Positions 48,101 through 60,638 of a stretch of 64,000 bases of DNA are shown piece after piece. The translations under genes were made by a program, and so were the position numbers. The stretch lies in NCBI GenBank assembly GCA_964270895.1, contig OZ185445.1. One strand, 5' to 3'. The stretch is from Podarcis filfolensis. Lineage: Eukaryota. Under the pieces are notes generated by a model, which saw nothing but the letters and a program-made list of their open reading frames with translations, was not told where the DNA came from and did not search any database. How positions within the stretch are numbered: the first letter of the stretch is position 1; every line of letters begins with the position of its first letter.

Positions 48101-50151
48101 GTCTAAGGACTGACAGTAGATGTTAGACAAAGAAGGAACAGCTGAGATAACACTGAGACTATTCACAAGAGCTGAATGGGAAGAAATGAGCAGCTTAGAG
48201 ATCAACAACATTCCCTTCCCCCTTGGTTCTCTTCAATTTAAAAAAACCAAAACACTGTTGATTCATGAAATAGCTACACAATCAACAGTTGGGAAAAAAG
48301 CCAAACCATATAACTTCGTTTGACCAGAAATTCAGCTGCTTAAGGTTCTTCTTTATGTGTAGACAGACCACAGGATATACACATATCGGGTTGGGTTCAA
48401 AGGTTGTTATTCATGGAGAGAAAGAATGTCCTTGGACAGAAGGGATACTCCTTTCAGAAGACAGGAATATTTGGTACAATCAGTCAGACCCAGTCAACAG
48501 AGATTGCATGCTTCCAAGGTCGCTCTGCCTGATTTGGGGTGATTTCCTCTTCATTCAATAGCCTCCTACCACGCAACTCATATTATTCCTGGAGACAAAC
48601 TTCCACAGAGACTCTTGGCCATTATACAAGGTTGGGCAGAGGAAAAGAGCAGACATGGACAGTGTGGTGGGCTGCTGCTGCTCACCTGAACTCTGGTTGG
48701 TTGCGTTGCTGCTGCTTACTGGGAGATAGAGGGGCAGGGGCAAGATGATGACAAGATTGGTATGTTGCAAAAATGCCGACAGATACAATCCAGCACTCCT
48801 GCTGGCGTGTTTGCACTGTGCCAACCTCACCACCACCTTGCCTCTCCCCTCTTGGTAAGCATTGGAGATGTGTACAACTGGAGATCAGGTGGCTGGTGGG
48901 GTCCAATGATGACAACTGTTATTAGCAAGGAGAAAGGTTGGTTCCACATGTAGCCTCTGATGTGTCCAATGTTTGGGTCCAAATGACAGTAAATTACAAA
49001 TAGTCCCTTGATTTGAAAGCTCACTTTATGAACACAGATTGCTCCTCAGCTTCCCCACCCTCCATAAGTGCATGTTTTCAGCATGTCACACAACAACCAC
49101 ATGTTGACCTATCTCCACACAGTGGGCAGCAGACACCTAAAAATTATTTTCTGTCTTTTTTAAAAATAAAACTATTGTGGAACGTGATATGTGTTCCAGA
49201 TTTGGTAATCTGTCATATATTCCAATGGCTTGTTGCGTGTGTTGACAGGACTACAGCTTGAAAGGCAGATCTATTGGCATTTGTCAAACAAGCCACAGCG
49301 AGAAGCACAGAGATGACCGTGTTTTGTGGATAACTTGTGAATAAAGAAATAATTTGTTTAAAACACATGAAAGCTGTCAATGTATGAACATAGATCTCTT
49401 TAGTTTGGATTTGTGCATCATTTCTAAATTTACATAGGGCAAAGCACAGTGAAGACATTTGATGTACTGACGTAAGAATGGCCATTGTGCTTTTGATCAA
49501 CTAAAACATAAAAGTTTACTTTACCGTGTTTAGGACTTCGTTTTATTACAGCACAAGATTTTGACAACACATAGCAATGGCAGAGTGCTAAGGATTAGAC
49601 ACATTTTTCTTGCTGTTCCTCAAACAGTGAAAGAACATCTGAGAGATGCAAAAGTCCTAGACATCTCTTGGATATGTAATCTTGAGCTGGGAGGCTGTTC
49701 TTAGAGCTACTCTTCCAAATTTTGTGGGGGAACCATACAGTATCTACCTTTGTGCATTTGAATTTGTCATCAGTGCCAACATTCAGCCTCTTCCAGGTGA
49801 ACAACATCTGTGCTATAATGACTACAGCATATGCTTCTGCAATGAGGGACAAGAGTGTGGATCAGCTGAAACAAGATAAACAAAAGCACAGAGAACTTGT
49901 GTCAAAAGGCATGTATTCAGAAGGGGGGGGGGGTTGTGTAGTAGCTATTGTTTTAAGAGAAGATGTGCCTTATATAAAATGCTTTGAAGTTCTGCTATAA
50001 ATGCTTTGAAATGTGTCAATAAGGATATGTTTCTTTCACCCCAAGAATGCCCCTGGGAATGTCACTATGGAATAATCTGACCAAAATTTACAATGGGGTT
50101 TTTTGTAGAGCTGGCAAGAACATCTGAGCATTGCTTGAATTGGTGGTGAAG

Positions 50152-50200
50152 CTTCCTTCCTTCCTTCCTTCCTTCCTTCCTTCCTTCCTTCCTTCCTTTC
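50152..50200. repeat. (CTTC)n microsatellite
   Basis: Direct reading. Confidence 0.95.
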
Positions 50201-50395
50201 TTTCTGCATGTTTTTTTATTTTAAGTCCACTGTTATCTCATCCTTTAAAACTGCACCCACCCCAACCAAAGTTCTTAGAATTTGCTCACTGGTGAGGATG
50301 TCCAATATCTCCACACACATATACAATTTCTTGGGTGATTAATGGTTCCATGAAAGCAGTGCGGGGAGAGATTCAGCCCAGCATTGTGTCTGTCC

Positions 50396-50437
<42 letters not shown>

Positions 50438-50503
50438 GTCGTTTAGTCGTGTCCGACTCTTCGTGACCCCATGGACCAGAGCACGCCAGGCACTTCTGTC
50501 TTC
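50396..50503 (-). mobile_element. Bov-B extreme 3' end with (AAC)n tail
   Basis: (gtt)n then tttagtcgtgtccgactcttcgtgaccccatggaccagagcacgccaggcac. Confidence 0.9.
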
Positions 50504-52421
50504 GTGTCTGTCCTACTTGCCCCCAAAACTTAATGTTTATAAATCCACAGATGATTACCATATGTGTGACAGATGAAGAGCAAAGCTTACTCTCACTATT
50601 AGTGTTTATATTTGTATAGGAAGGAATATGGAGAAAAAAATGAGGGGAAATGATGCCAATTGCCATAGATACTAGGAAGTTAATTAGGAAGTTTAAAGTA
50701 TAAAGACCCTTGAAATTGAGAAGGTCAATTATTTCAAATCAGTCAAATAGCTGCAAGGAAAGAACATCTCACGTTGTAAGGTAAGTGTTTATTTTCTATA
50801 CTTTACAAAGTTAATAACATAATAACTTTCCAAACCTAGAAAGAATTCACACAAGACTATTCCCCACCCAAGTTTCATCTTGCTTTTTCTTTGATTCCTC
50901 GTAATTATTTACCTCCCAAGTTGAACCATCCGAGGATGGAAGAGAAACTATGTTGGAAAAGTTAGTCTATAATGTATACCTCCTGTTTGCCTGACGCTTT
51001 AACTTCAAAGATAATGTTTTGGTTTCTTGCTCAGGAAAGAGATCTGTGTGGATCATCTGGAAAACTTTGTTTAAGATATTTACTTGTCAGGTATCATCTG
51101 AATCTAATTCATGTTTGTACAGCTACATAGGAAGAAATTGCCAACATAATGATGTTTATTCTTCTAGCTATTGTTCAAAAACACAGAACTCAAATTCAAT
51201 TTAATCGAATGTCAGTGTTAGATTATATGACATATGAACAGATTGTACCTGACAAGTGGGTGGCTACAATCAGCTGACTCATCCTGGCTGAAGCCAGAAG
51301 TTGAATTTCTTAATTCAAAGCGGGTCACAGATCATTGAATGAGACCGTAAACCAATCACACAAATTTCATTTCAAGCATGTTCAAAAGGTAGGGATCACA
51401 AAATGAGTCTCATTTTGTAATGGAACCTTTTTGAGGAATTATTTATTTCAGTGCTATGGCTCTTTGACACAGACGGATGAAGAAGCACTTTAATACAATG
51501 AAGTGCCAGATTGTCTTGTGAGCGTTGTGAAAGCATGTGGATGGGCTCTTGAGAAACACCAATCCCAGGCTTTCAGATGGGAGAGTGCCAAAGGGTCATT
51601 AAATGGGGAAATTGAGTTGGTAGTGTAGCTGAGGTGACCCAGTGAGACACAGAGATTTCAGAACTGCAGGACAGACCTTAAGCTGTGAAAAGAAAAGGGA
51701 AAAAGTGTATAAACCAAGCACAGTGTTGAAATCATCAATGAGCTATTAGAGTGGGCATAGAGATACAAATGAGCTGTCATATTAAAACAAAGAACACATT
51801 GATTTGAAGTGAAATAACAAAGATAATCAAAGGAGGCTGGGAAAGGGGGTAAAATCTGGGAGGTTGCAGTGGAATGACCACCTCACCCCAGCATTTGTCT
51901 GACCTTTTGAGATGTCATGGAGGCAGAGATGTCAGATTTCCCAGAACTTCACTCTATTGACATTAGTCCCTGCCCTCTTCTAACCATTGGCTGAGCTGCT
52001 TTGGAATTATCATGAACATTCTAACTGCTCAGGTGTCAGCACAAAAGACCTAGAGACACGAGTGGCTGTATTCAGAGAAGGAATATGGCGGGGTGAGGAG
52101 GCAGTACTGTTGCAGCAGTGATTGACCTTTAGGTTCAAGGGCAACCCTCACCTTTTTGGTATCTCACCTATCTTGGTGGAAAAATGGCACTTTGATTCAT
52201 CCCAGATGCTTCCTTTGGGGAAGTTTGGAAAGAGCCAGGAGTAGAGCTACACCTCTGTTCCATTACTGACAAAATTTTCCTTTGCATAGAAAATTGAAGA
52301 GGATTATGTGATTATCTCCTGCCTTAGCCCCTCTTCTCTGAGTGGTAAGAAGGAGATAGGTTTCTTCAGGCATAGGAGTCAGTTGCTTTTTATTCTATTA
52401 TGCGCCTCCACTTGTTGAGCC

Positions 52422-52472
<51 letters not shown>

Positions 52473-52872
52473 TTATTTATAGCCCTCCCCGTTTTAGAAA
52501 ACCGGGCTCAGGGCGGCTAACAACAAATTTAAAACACTTAATTGATGCAACAAAAAATAGCATAAAATACAGTATAAAACGTGAATAACAATAAATTCAG
52601 AATTCAAAAATCAATTTAGGGGGGAAATCCATCCAATAAACATTAGATGATCACCAGGGTGAGCTGGTTAAATTAGTCCTATTTGGGCCAGCGAGGAGAC
52701 CAGGGGAGAATTAGCTGTGGGATCCCAGAGCGGGTAATCTTCATAAAAAGGGGAAGGGGGAGGGGAGGAAGGGGAATAAAAGATCAGGCCAAGCTCAAAT
52801 TGAAAGCCAGGCGAAATAGCTCTGTCTTACAGGCCCTGCAGAAGGAAGCTAAATCCTGCAGGGCCCTGGTCT
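52422..52872 (-). mobile_element. L2-type LINE 3' fragment (second subfamily)
   Basis: (AAT)n tail; minus strand gagaccagggccctgcagg..ttctgcagggcctgtaagacagagctatttcgcctggc resembles an L2 ORF end. Confidence 0.65.
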
Positions 52873-52924
52873 CTCTCTTAATGTGGAGCAGAAATTCCAG
52901 ATATTATGTAATAGTGCTTATGAA

Positions 52925-53070
52925 GACAGGATGCTGCTTTGCATTGGATCCGACCAATGGTTCATCTAGCTCAGCACTGTTTTGCACTGACTTAAAGTGG
53001 GTTTCCAAGTTTTTCCCTTGATCTACCGGGAGATGTTGGGGACTGAACCTGGGACAAAGCAGATCTGTTC
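52925..53070 (-). mobile_element. Degenerate Squam2-like SINE
   Basis: gaccaatggttcatctagctcagcactg..gggagatgttggg..gaacctgggac. Confidence 0.5.
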
Positions 53071-53107
53071 TATTCTAGAAATGAATGGAAGATGGAAGAT
53101 TACTCCC

Positions 53108-53745
53108 TTTGTATGAGGAAGGTTTTTTAATATTGGGAAGTTTTCAGTTTAGAGGGAAAAAACAAGTAAGGGACAGGATAGAGGTGTATAAATTTATGTA
53201 AAGGGTGGAAAAAAATGGGCAGAGGGAATTTTTTCTTCCTGTCTCATAATAAATGGGATCCTCATAACAGAGGGTCCTGGTTGTGCTCGGGCCCTGGGGC
53301 TCACCCCCTATAGGGTTAAATTGGTGGTGGGGGGAGTAGCAGGAAGTCCTGGCCTTTGCCCTGGGATCACGCCAGGCTGTTTTAGCCAATCACCAGCCGG
53401 TGGCTGATCCCAGGGGCTTTAAAACCGGCAGCGTGACGCAAGCCCAATTGAGGGGCTAGGGCCATGCCAGGACCACAGGAACCCCGGGGTGAGCTTCGGT
53501 TGGTCCGCATCGACGTTGCTCCCTCGTTTGGTTTACCCCATTGGACGATCACCCAGAGAGGTGGAGTCAGTTATAGTGGGGAGTCAATGCCTAAGCCAAT
53601 ACCGCTCATGTGACTGCATTTCAATAAAGTTGTGGCCAAAAATTTGCCTGAAAACATAAAACTAAAATAGGTGTCCATGTGAAGTTATTTTTGGGGGTGG
53701 GTCCTGGGGCCTTGAGGTGCAATAGTAGAACCCAGTTAAACTGTA
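53108..53745 (+). mobile_element. CR1 fragment interrupted by an LTR-like element
   Basis: gtatgaggaagg..gggacaggatagaggtgtataaatttatg..tctcataata, resuming atagtagaacc after 53721. Confidence 0.6.
53254..53721 (+). mobile_element. LTR-like solo element with conventional promoter layout (boundaries approximate)
   Basis: CCAAT (agccaatc, about 53385), TATA-like tttaaaa (about 53419), AATAAA (about 53623), CpG-rich; TG/CA ends plausible, TSD degenerate. Confidence 0.65.
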
Positions 53746-54596
53746 GAATTTGCTACTAGCACCAACTGCCAGTTTGGGCCATTTTATAAAGGGGTTAAAT
53801 AAATTCATGCAGCACAGGGCAGCCAGTCACATGGGCTATTCAGTATCTCCAGTATCAAGATGCAGTTTTGCTCTGAAGGCTGGTTGTTAGGGAACATGAG
53901 GGGGAGAATGCTATTGAGCTGATGTTTTGCTTGAGGACTTCCCATAGGTATCTTGATTGACCACCATGTTTGACCAGCAAGCTCTTTCAACATTCTTATC
54001 GCCGCAGCGGGACTCTGATTCATGTTTTATATGTCAATGAATTGCGTTTCAAGCCCTCACCCTCCAAAGGGACTGGCACAGGGAGAACATGCAAGTCGAA
54101 TCTGCAGCCTGAGTTTATCCATCTCCCACATACCATTTCCCTTTTAGCTGTGAGGCTGCTACTCCTTCACACATCCGCTTTCTGTGATGTTCAGAACATT
54201 AAAGTTGGGACTCTTTATGTGTTATCTGAGGCATGGATCTGACGAGCTCCAAAAGGATCTTTGCAGCTGGGGCAATTTTAAATGACCCAACCATGGCATC
54301 CCATCCACTTCACCAGACAGTCCTTCAGTTGCCACGAGAGTCTTTGTTCTTTCTTGCTTTCTGTTATGAAATTTATACCCCACTTGATTGCAAAAAATAA
54401 ACTCAAAGGGGTTTGCAAAATGATAAAGAGAAAACAATAAAATTGAGAGCAATTCAGAGCCAGACTTTTAACACATACAAAAGTTAAAATACTGAAAGAG
54501 ATTAAAATTACTTTAACTTTCTAAGCACCTGGGTAGGCTTTGCCTAAACAAGAATGTTTTTAATATTACGTAGCACCTGTAGTAGTGCAAGAAGTG

Positions 54597-54828
54597 AGGT
54601 TACAGGGAACCAGGCAGAGGGCCTTCTCGGTAGTGGCGCCCGCCCTGTGGAACGCCCTCCCATCAGGTGTCAATGACATAAACAACTATCTGACTTTTAG
54701 AAGACATCTGAAGGCAGCCCTGTTTAGGGAAGTTTTTAATGTTTGATGTTTTATTATGTTTTTAATATTCTGTTGGGAGCCGCCCAGAGTGGCTGGAGAA
54801 ATCTAGCCAGATGGGTGGGGTATAAATA

Positions 54829-54875
<47 letters not shown>
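54597..54875 (+). mobile_element. L2 3' fragment with (TTA)n tail
   Basis: cagggaaccaggcagagggccttctcggtagtggcgcccgccctgtggaacgccctccc..gcagccctgtttagggaag. Confidence 0.9.
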
Positions 54876-54876
<1 letters not shown>

Positions 54877-56084
54877 AATTCTGCCAATCAAAGTGGTTGA
54901 GTGGGCACATGTGGAGAAAGGCATTCTTGTAGGTAAACAGGTTCCAAGTTGTTGAGGGTTTTATAATTTAGAGCCCTTCAGTGGTCTGATCATGACCCCG
55001 ATCACTGCATGTCCATTGGCTTCACCCGCCAACTCTTTGTACATTCAGTGGAAAGTCTGGATGGGGCTTCTATGCATGCGTGTTTGTATGCAGCTGAAAG
55101 CCCTGATCACACAGGTTCCTGATTGGATGGAAGAGCCTGTGTGCATCACAGCCAGACATACATCGGAGCCATACATTCTGACCTTCTGCTGAATGCAAGT
55201 TAAGGACAGGGCAAAGAAGCAAGGCCCCATTCCCTCCTCCACTTATCCAGCCTATGTGCGGAGCGAAAGAATGGGACTATTGATTCAAAGTAATCTTATG
55301 ACTTCCTCCCCCACCTCAAATCCTAAATCAAATGGATTTTTAACATGCTGGGCTCCGGGAACAGTTTCTCCGTCTCTTTGGGTTGACCGCATGCATTTTA
55401 TTCTTACTCTTAACAAATCTGCACACTATTCCTGGTGTGGTCAGCAACATTAATCATGCTCCATTTCTATTTATCTTATGAGAACAAAAATTCTCATTTT
55501 ATCCAGATGGGGAGGAGGGAAAGAAACCCACCAGTGAGACTGTAAGCTTGTGAAGTTTGTGTGTGTGTGTGTGTATGTATATAGGGGAGAGGGTTAGGTT
55601 CTGAATAACAATAACCCACTCCAATCCAAACCTCTGTTTTCAAGGGCTGCCTGAGGTTTTGTTTTGCTTTTTACAAGAAGCAGTATGTTGTAGACCACTT
55701 AACACGAGCTGCTTAGTTTTGCTACAACCCCAGCATAGCAGATCCTGAAAAAAGAGGATGAAAAATGAAAGAGGGGTTCATGGTCTTTATCTTTTCAGCT
55801 CCATATGGCATTGTTTGCTCTGGAAGTAATCAGAATGGTGAGGCAAGACAGAGGAGGCTGAGACAACCTCATATCTAGCAAAGAATTATTTAGTGTTATG
55901 CTGATGGGTGATGTGGGGGCTAAATCTTTGGAGACATCTAGCTTAGAGTCCTACATCACAGAGACTGAGATCCCTCCCCTCAGTGTGTTTCAAGTATCAT
56001 AAACTAACTGGTTTCTCATTATATGCAGACATCTACACTGAGCAAGTGACTTGCAGTCACAACCACACAATACAGTTTAAAGAA

Positions 56085-56200
56085 CATTGCTTTGCCCTAG
56101 AGATTCCTGGGAATTGTAGTTTAAGTATGCCAAGAATGGTAGCTCTATGAGGGATAAACTACAGTTCCCAAAATTCCTTGGGGGAAGCAGTGCCTTTTAA
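56085..56200. mobile_element. Small MITE (tgggaattgtagtt...aactacagttccca hairpin)
   Basis: Internal inverted repeat ctgggaattgtagttta / taaactacagttccca. Confidence 0.55.
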
Positions 56201-56877
56201 ATGTCTCTCTTTCTCCACACGCACGCATGTGCAATCACACATACATAAATCACTTCCTGACAACCAGTTTATTGAGCATTCATCTGGATGTCTTTGCCCA
56301 AAAATTGCAGGGAAGTTAGGTAATGTTGGCTATTTACCGAGCTTTCATTCTGATTTGTTTGCAGGGAGGCTAGACGTTGTTGCATCAAGCAAAGGTTTTT
56401 TTCCACACTTTTCTGGCGCATTTCTCCATCCCTTTCCTTACTGCAGAAAGTCCAATTCTGTAGGAAAGGAGATTTGTTGAACAAGAGTTTCAAATCAACT
56501 TTGGGCAGATCCATGCCATTTAAAGCACATCCAGTGTGCATGACTTCTCTCAAAGAATCCAGAGAACTCTGGTTTGTTAAGGGTGCTGGGAATGATAGGT
56601 CTGTGGGACGGAAATTGCAACTCCCACTGTTCCTTGGGGGAAGTCATGTGTGTTGGATCTGCTTTAAACCTTATGGTGTGAATCGGCTCTCTAATTGTGC
56701 AGCCTGAATTTGCCAGTGTGAAATTGAACACAGGCAAAAACGTAGCAGTCTGGCAGCGTAAATTGACGACTTGCTTATTTGCTTGATCAATGTCTCAGTG
56801 ATCCCTGAGGTTTCTACACACTCTACACATATTTTCATATGTCCAAGTGCCACCACACGTCAAAAATCAACATTCTG

Positions 56878-57219
56878 CAGGAGTGGCAGGTGAAGATGAC
56901 AGATTTTGCGGAACTTGCCAAATTAACAGGGAGGATCCGGGACCAAGAGGACCAGAGATACAAGAACAATTGGAGTAAATTCATTAAATACTTAAAGGAC
57001 AACTGTAAAAACTTAAAGACACTAGCAGGACTGGAATAATACCTTCAATGTAAAATAGTAGAGATATAAGAATAATATACGCGATAAGAATGTGATAAAT
57101 ATACCAACTGTAGGGAGGGAGGGAAGTCAAGACTTGGCAGAGTCAAAGGGAATATATTGTGATAATAAGGACTGTTGGAAAAAGAATATTTAAAGAAAAT
57201 ATTAAAAATTTACTTGAAA
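56878..57219 (+). mobile_element. L1 3' fragment
   Basis: QEWQVKMTDFAELAKLTGRIRDQEDQRYKNNWSKFIKYL; 16-bp TSD aaaaatcaacattctg. Confidence 0.88.
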
Positions 57220-57574
57220 AAAAATCAACATTCTGGAGCTGAAATGTAAGCAAATCCTAGAGAAAGTATTCCTCATCCCAAGAGCTTCAGTTCAGTGGCT
57301 TATACAACTCCTGCCGGTGAACCAGTATTGTTGTTGTGTATCATAGCTCAGCTCTCCTCTTCAACAGAGCATGAGAAGTCAGAAATGGGAATCTGCTACA
57401 ACCACCAGCATCTGTTCCTTACTCAGCATCTTATGAATTCTTCCCCACCTCCCTGAATCTGGTGGAGTGTTATTGCCCACCTGTGGCAAGAGGATGCAGG
57501 CAAAGTCAGTGCCCAGGTTGTGAAGTAACTGATGGTGTGATAGTTGCTTCCTCATTAACTGCTGTTTGCAACTA

Positions 57575-57803
57575 CAGTGGTACCTCGGGTTAAGAACTTA
57601 ATTTGTTCCGGAGGTCCGTTCTTAACCTGAAACTGTTCTTAACCTGAAGCACCACTTTAGCTAATGGGGCCGCCACGCCACTGCATGATTTCTGTTCTCA
57701 TCCTGAAGCAAAGTTCTTAACCCGAGGTACTATTTCTGGGTTAGTGGAGTCTGTAACCTGAAGCGTATGTAACCTGAAGAGTATGTAACCCGAGGTACCA
57801 CTG
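57575..57803. mobile_element. Tigger/pogo-like MITE
   Basis: TA-cagtggtacctcgggtta ... taacccgaggtaccactg-TA. Confidence 0.93.
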
Positions 57804-59970
57804 TATAGGGGTCAGTTTCATCTTCTTTGATGCCAATCTTCAAAATCCATTTAGTGTCCCTATGAGATTTTAAATGCCTTGCCCCGTTGCAAAAACCAAA
57901 TACCAAACAGAAGCACTGCCGTGTCAGATAATATCGACTACAATCTCCTTTATCTTCTCAAATGCAAATACATCTATGTATATCAACCTTAATTCATACT
58001 GGCATAAACTTTGAGTATCCTTTTATAAGGCACTGAGGTCAGCATAGATTGCATGTGTCTTGAGTGGCAACATTAGAGACGGGGTCTTTGCTACCCATGA
58101 AATCCACATCAACATCAATATACTGTAAGGCCGTGTAATCAGTTGGTCTTGATTCTTGCCTTCCTTTGTATTCGTAAGTGATGCTCTCATTCTGCACTAT
58201 TCTTTTTCAGACACACATGGTTCTTGGGGAACAAAGTGAAAGGATGTGCATGTTTTCTAATTAAAACCTCCCATTAGAACATTACAGTTTATTTTCATTA
58301 AAACTAGGAATGAATCTCTTGCAGGAAAGTGCCTAGGGACATCTTTAAAACCTTTGGATGCTTTCTCTTTCAGGTGGTCATTTAGGTTTCGGTAGCAGAA
58401 ACAACAGCCAACAGTTAGGAGGTGCTGAGGCGTATGCCTCTCTTCCCTTTCCGAAGGATAGAAGCAGCTCAGCACCATCCGAAGAATGATGAGAACCTGA
58501 CCAGAATGAAACCTCTGCTATAAACCACAATCTGAATTCATTTACTCACAGTGGATTTGTAGTGGTATCCTTCTGCCTGTAAATGATGTGATTTACATCA
58601 CAACAGTGCTGGAGGGTGCTGAATACTGTCAACGAGTGAGAAAAAGCACACAGCCTACAACAAAATTGGGATTTCAAAATGGGTGTTAGAAAAATGTTGT
58701 GTGTTTTTTTGTCCCTAGACTATACACAGCTGCAGTATTCAATCTTATTGGCAAACTGTCATCTTGCATTAGTACATCCCTCCCAAGAGCAACTGAATTG
58801 AGAAACACAGGATTTGATATTCAGGGTGATGTCATGCAATTTTTTATATCCAGAAATCAGGGTGGAAATTATGAAATTGTGTTCTCAGCTGACACGGATT
58901 CATGTAGCTTCTGCAGAATTTATAATTTATTTAGCAATGTACTGAGGAATTGCCAGTGTATACGCACACATGAACACACACACACATACATATACACATA
59001 TACACATATACATATACATGTACATATACATGTAGTCAATGTGGATGTGGTGGATGCCAACTCCCATTTGCCCCAGCCAGTCAATGATCAGGAATGATGA
59101 AAGCTGTGGTCTTGGAGGACTTTACACTGGCTGGCCCTGTATTGGATCAACACTGTGATGTTTCTCAAGGACTACATATGCTGGATCAAAATATCTGATT
59201 TTCACAAACAACATAGCCTTGATCCCTTTTAATGAGGTCTGTAATGTTTAATTGAGTAATGCTTTATTAATGGATGAAAACATTGTGATCAACTCAAAAC
59301 ATGCCTCTAATATATTAGGCAGCAACATATTAAAATACACATGCTTATAAAATTCCTGATGTCAAATACCATACTTAAAGAAACATTCTCCTTACATCTG
59401 AGAAAAGGAAGAATACTTCTTCTAAAATTATACCTATTGCAAGAAAAGTAAACGCCCCCCCCTTATAATGATTCCCCCCCTCCTGTGCAATATATGCAAG
59501 CTTTGGTTAATCCATCAACCAATTCCAATTTATCTAATTAATCAAAGAATTTTTCAGTCAGATGACATCAGAAAAGTAGGGCTGTCCATTTAATCATGAG
59601 ACAACCCTACTTCTAGTGTTTTAGTGGAGGGGAAATGCAGGCGAGCACAGTGGGGGCTTCCCAACCCCCAGAGCATGAGCGATGACACAGGGTAATTGAC
59701 AACTCTTCTTTCTCTGGTAAATGAATGAGATGATAATGAGATTTCAAGCTTTTCCATCCTGTGCGGCAAAGTCAGAGACTGAAGCCAGCTTATTATGCTC
59801 TGACTGTCAGCTGATTCTTGTGTAGAAAGGATCAACAGAGCTCCTTGGGGGGCATGGCTGTGGGGGCTATGAGAAACTCCTTCAACATTCACCAACTGAC
59901 TTATTTTAAAGATGAATTATGTGGCCATCTCAGGTTGGAGGTATATTGTGAAAAGCCCACAATGCTATTA

Positions 59971-60212
59971 CAGTGGTACCTCGGGTAACATACGCTTCAG
60001 GTTACATATGCTTCAGGTTACAGACTCTGCTAACCCAGAAATAGTGCTTCAGGTTAAAAACTTTCCTTCAGGATAAGAACAGAAATCATGCTCTGGCGGT
60101 GCGGCAGCAGCAGGAGGCCCCATTAGCTAAAGTTGTGCTTCAGGTTAAGAACAGTTTCAGGTTAAGAACGGACCTCCGGAACGAATTAAGTACTTAACCT
60201 GAGGTACCACTG
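59971..60212. mobile_element. Tigger/pogo-like MITE (opposite orientation)
   Basis: TA-cagtggtacctc ... gaggtaccactg-TA. Confidence 0.93.
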
Positions 60213-60437
60213 TATTATTAAAGCGTTCATGAAGAAATCTCCTCAGTGTATTAAACTTAGAATATGGGGAAAGGAACTGCTCAGTTGGTTGGTTAGAGCG
60301 TGGAGTGCTCCCTATCATCTAATCCTACTAATGATGCAAAAATTAAAAAGTCAATGAAGCAAGTACTTGGTGTGTCACACAGTAGTGTACAGTGAGCCAT
60401 GGTTGTGTCACCGGACCTCCTTCATTATTGTCTACGC

Positions 60438-60638
60438 CGGTGGCTCCCAAACTTCCCATGGACCACTTGAAAAGTTGCTGAGGGTCTTGGTGGACCACTT
60501 AATGATTATTCTGCCTGTTGTAGCATTTGTTATGCACTATGCTTTATGAATTTTCTGTATTTTTACAGACATGCTACAAAGCAACCAATGAAGCTTGTGG
60601 ACCAGTGGTGGTCATTGGACCACAGCGTGGGAACCCTG
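60438..60638. mobile_element. hAT MITE
   Basis: Ends cggtggctcccaaa / tgggaaccctg; TSD gtctacgc / gtctacaa. Confidence 0.7.

Noticed and set aside
49682-50000. Overlapping ORFs including Cys-rich CYNDYSICFCNEGQEC
   Set aside because: No known domain spacing; only a GC donor available.
50770-50790. Isolated strong donors (AAG|gtaagt here; also near 16360, 25880 minus, 58175)
   Set aside because: No strong paired acceptor or recognisable peptide; expected by chance in 64 kb.
58699-59097. 132-aa ORF with a good upstream acceptor (ttttgtccctag)
   Set aside because: No convincing donor, runs into a CA/TA microsatellite, peptide not recognised.
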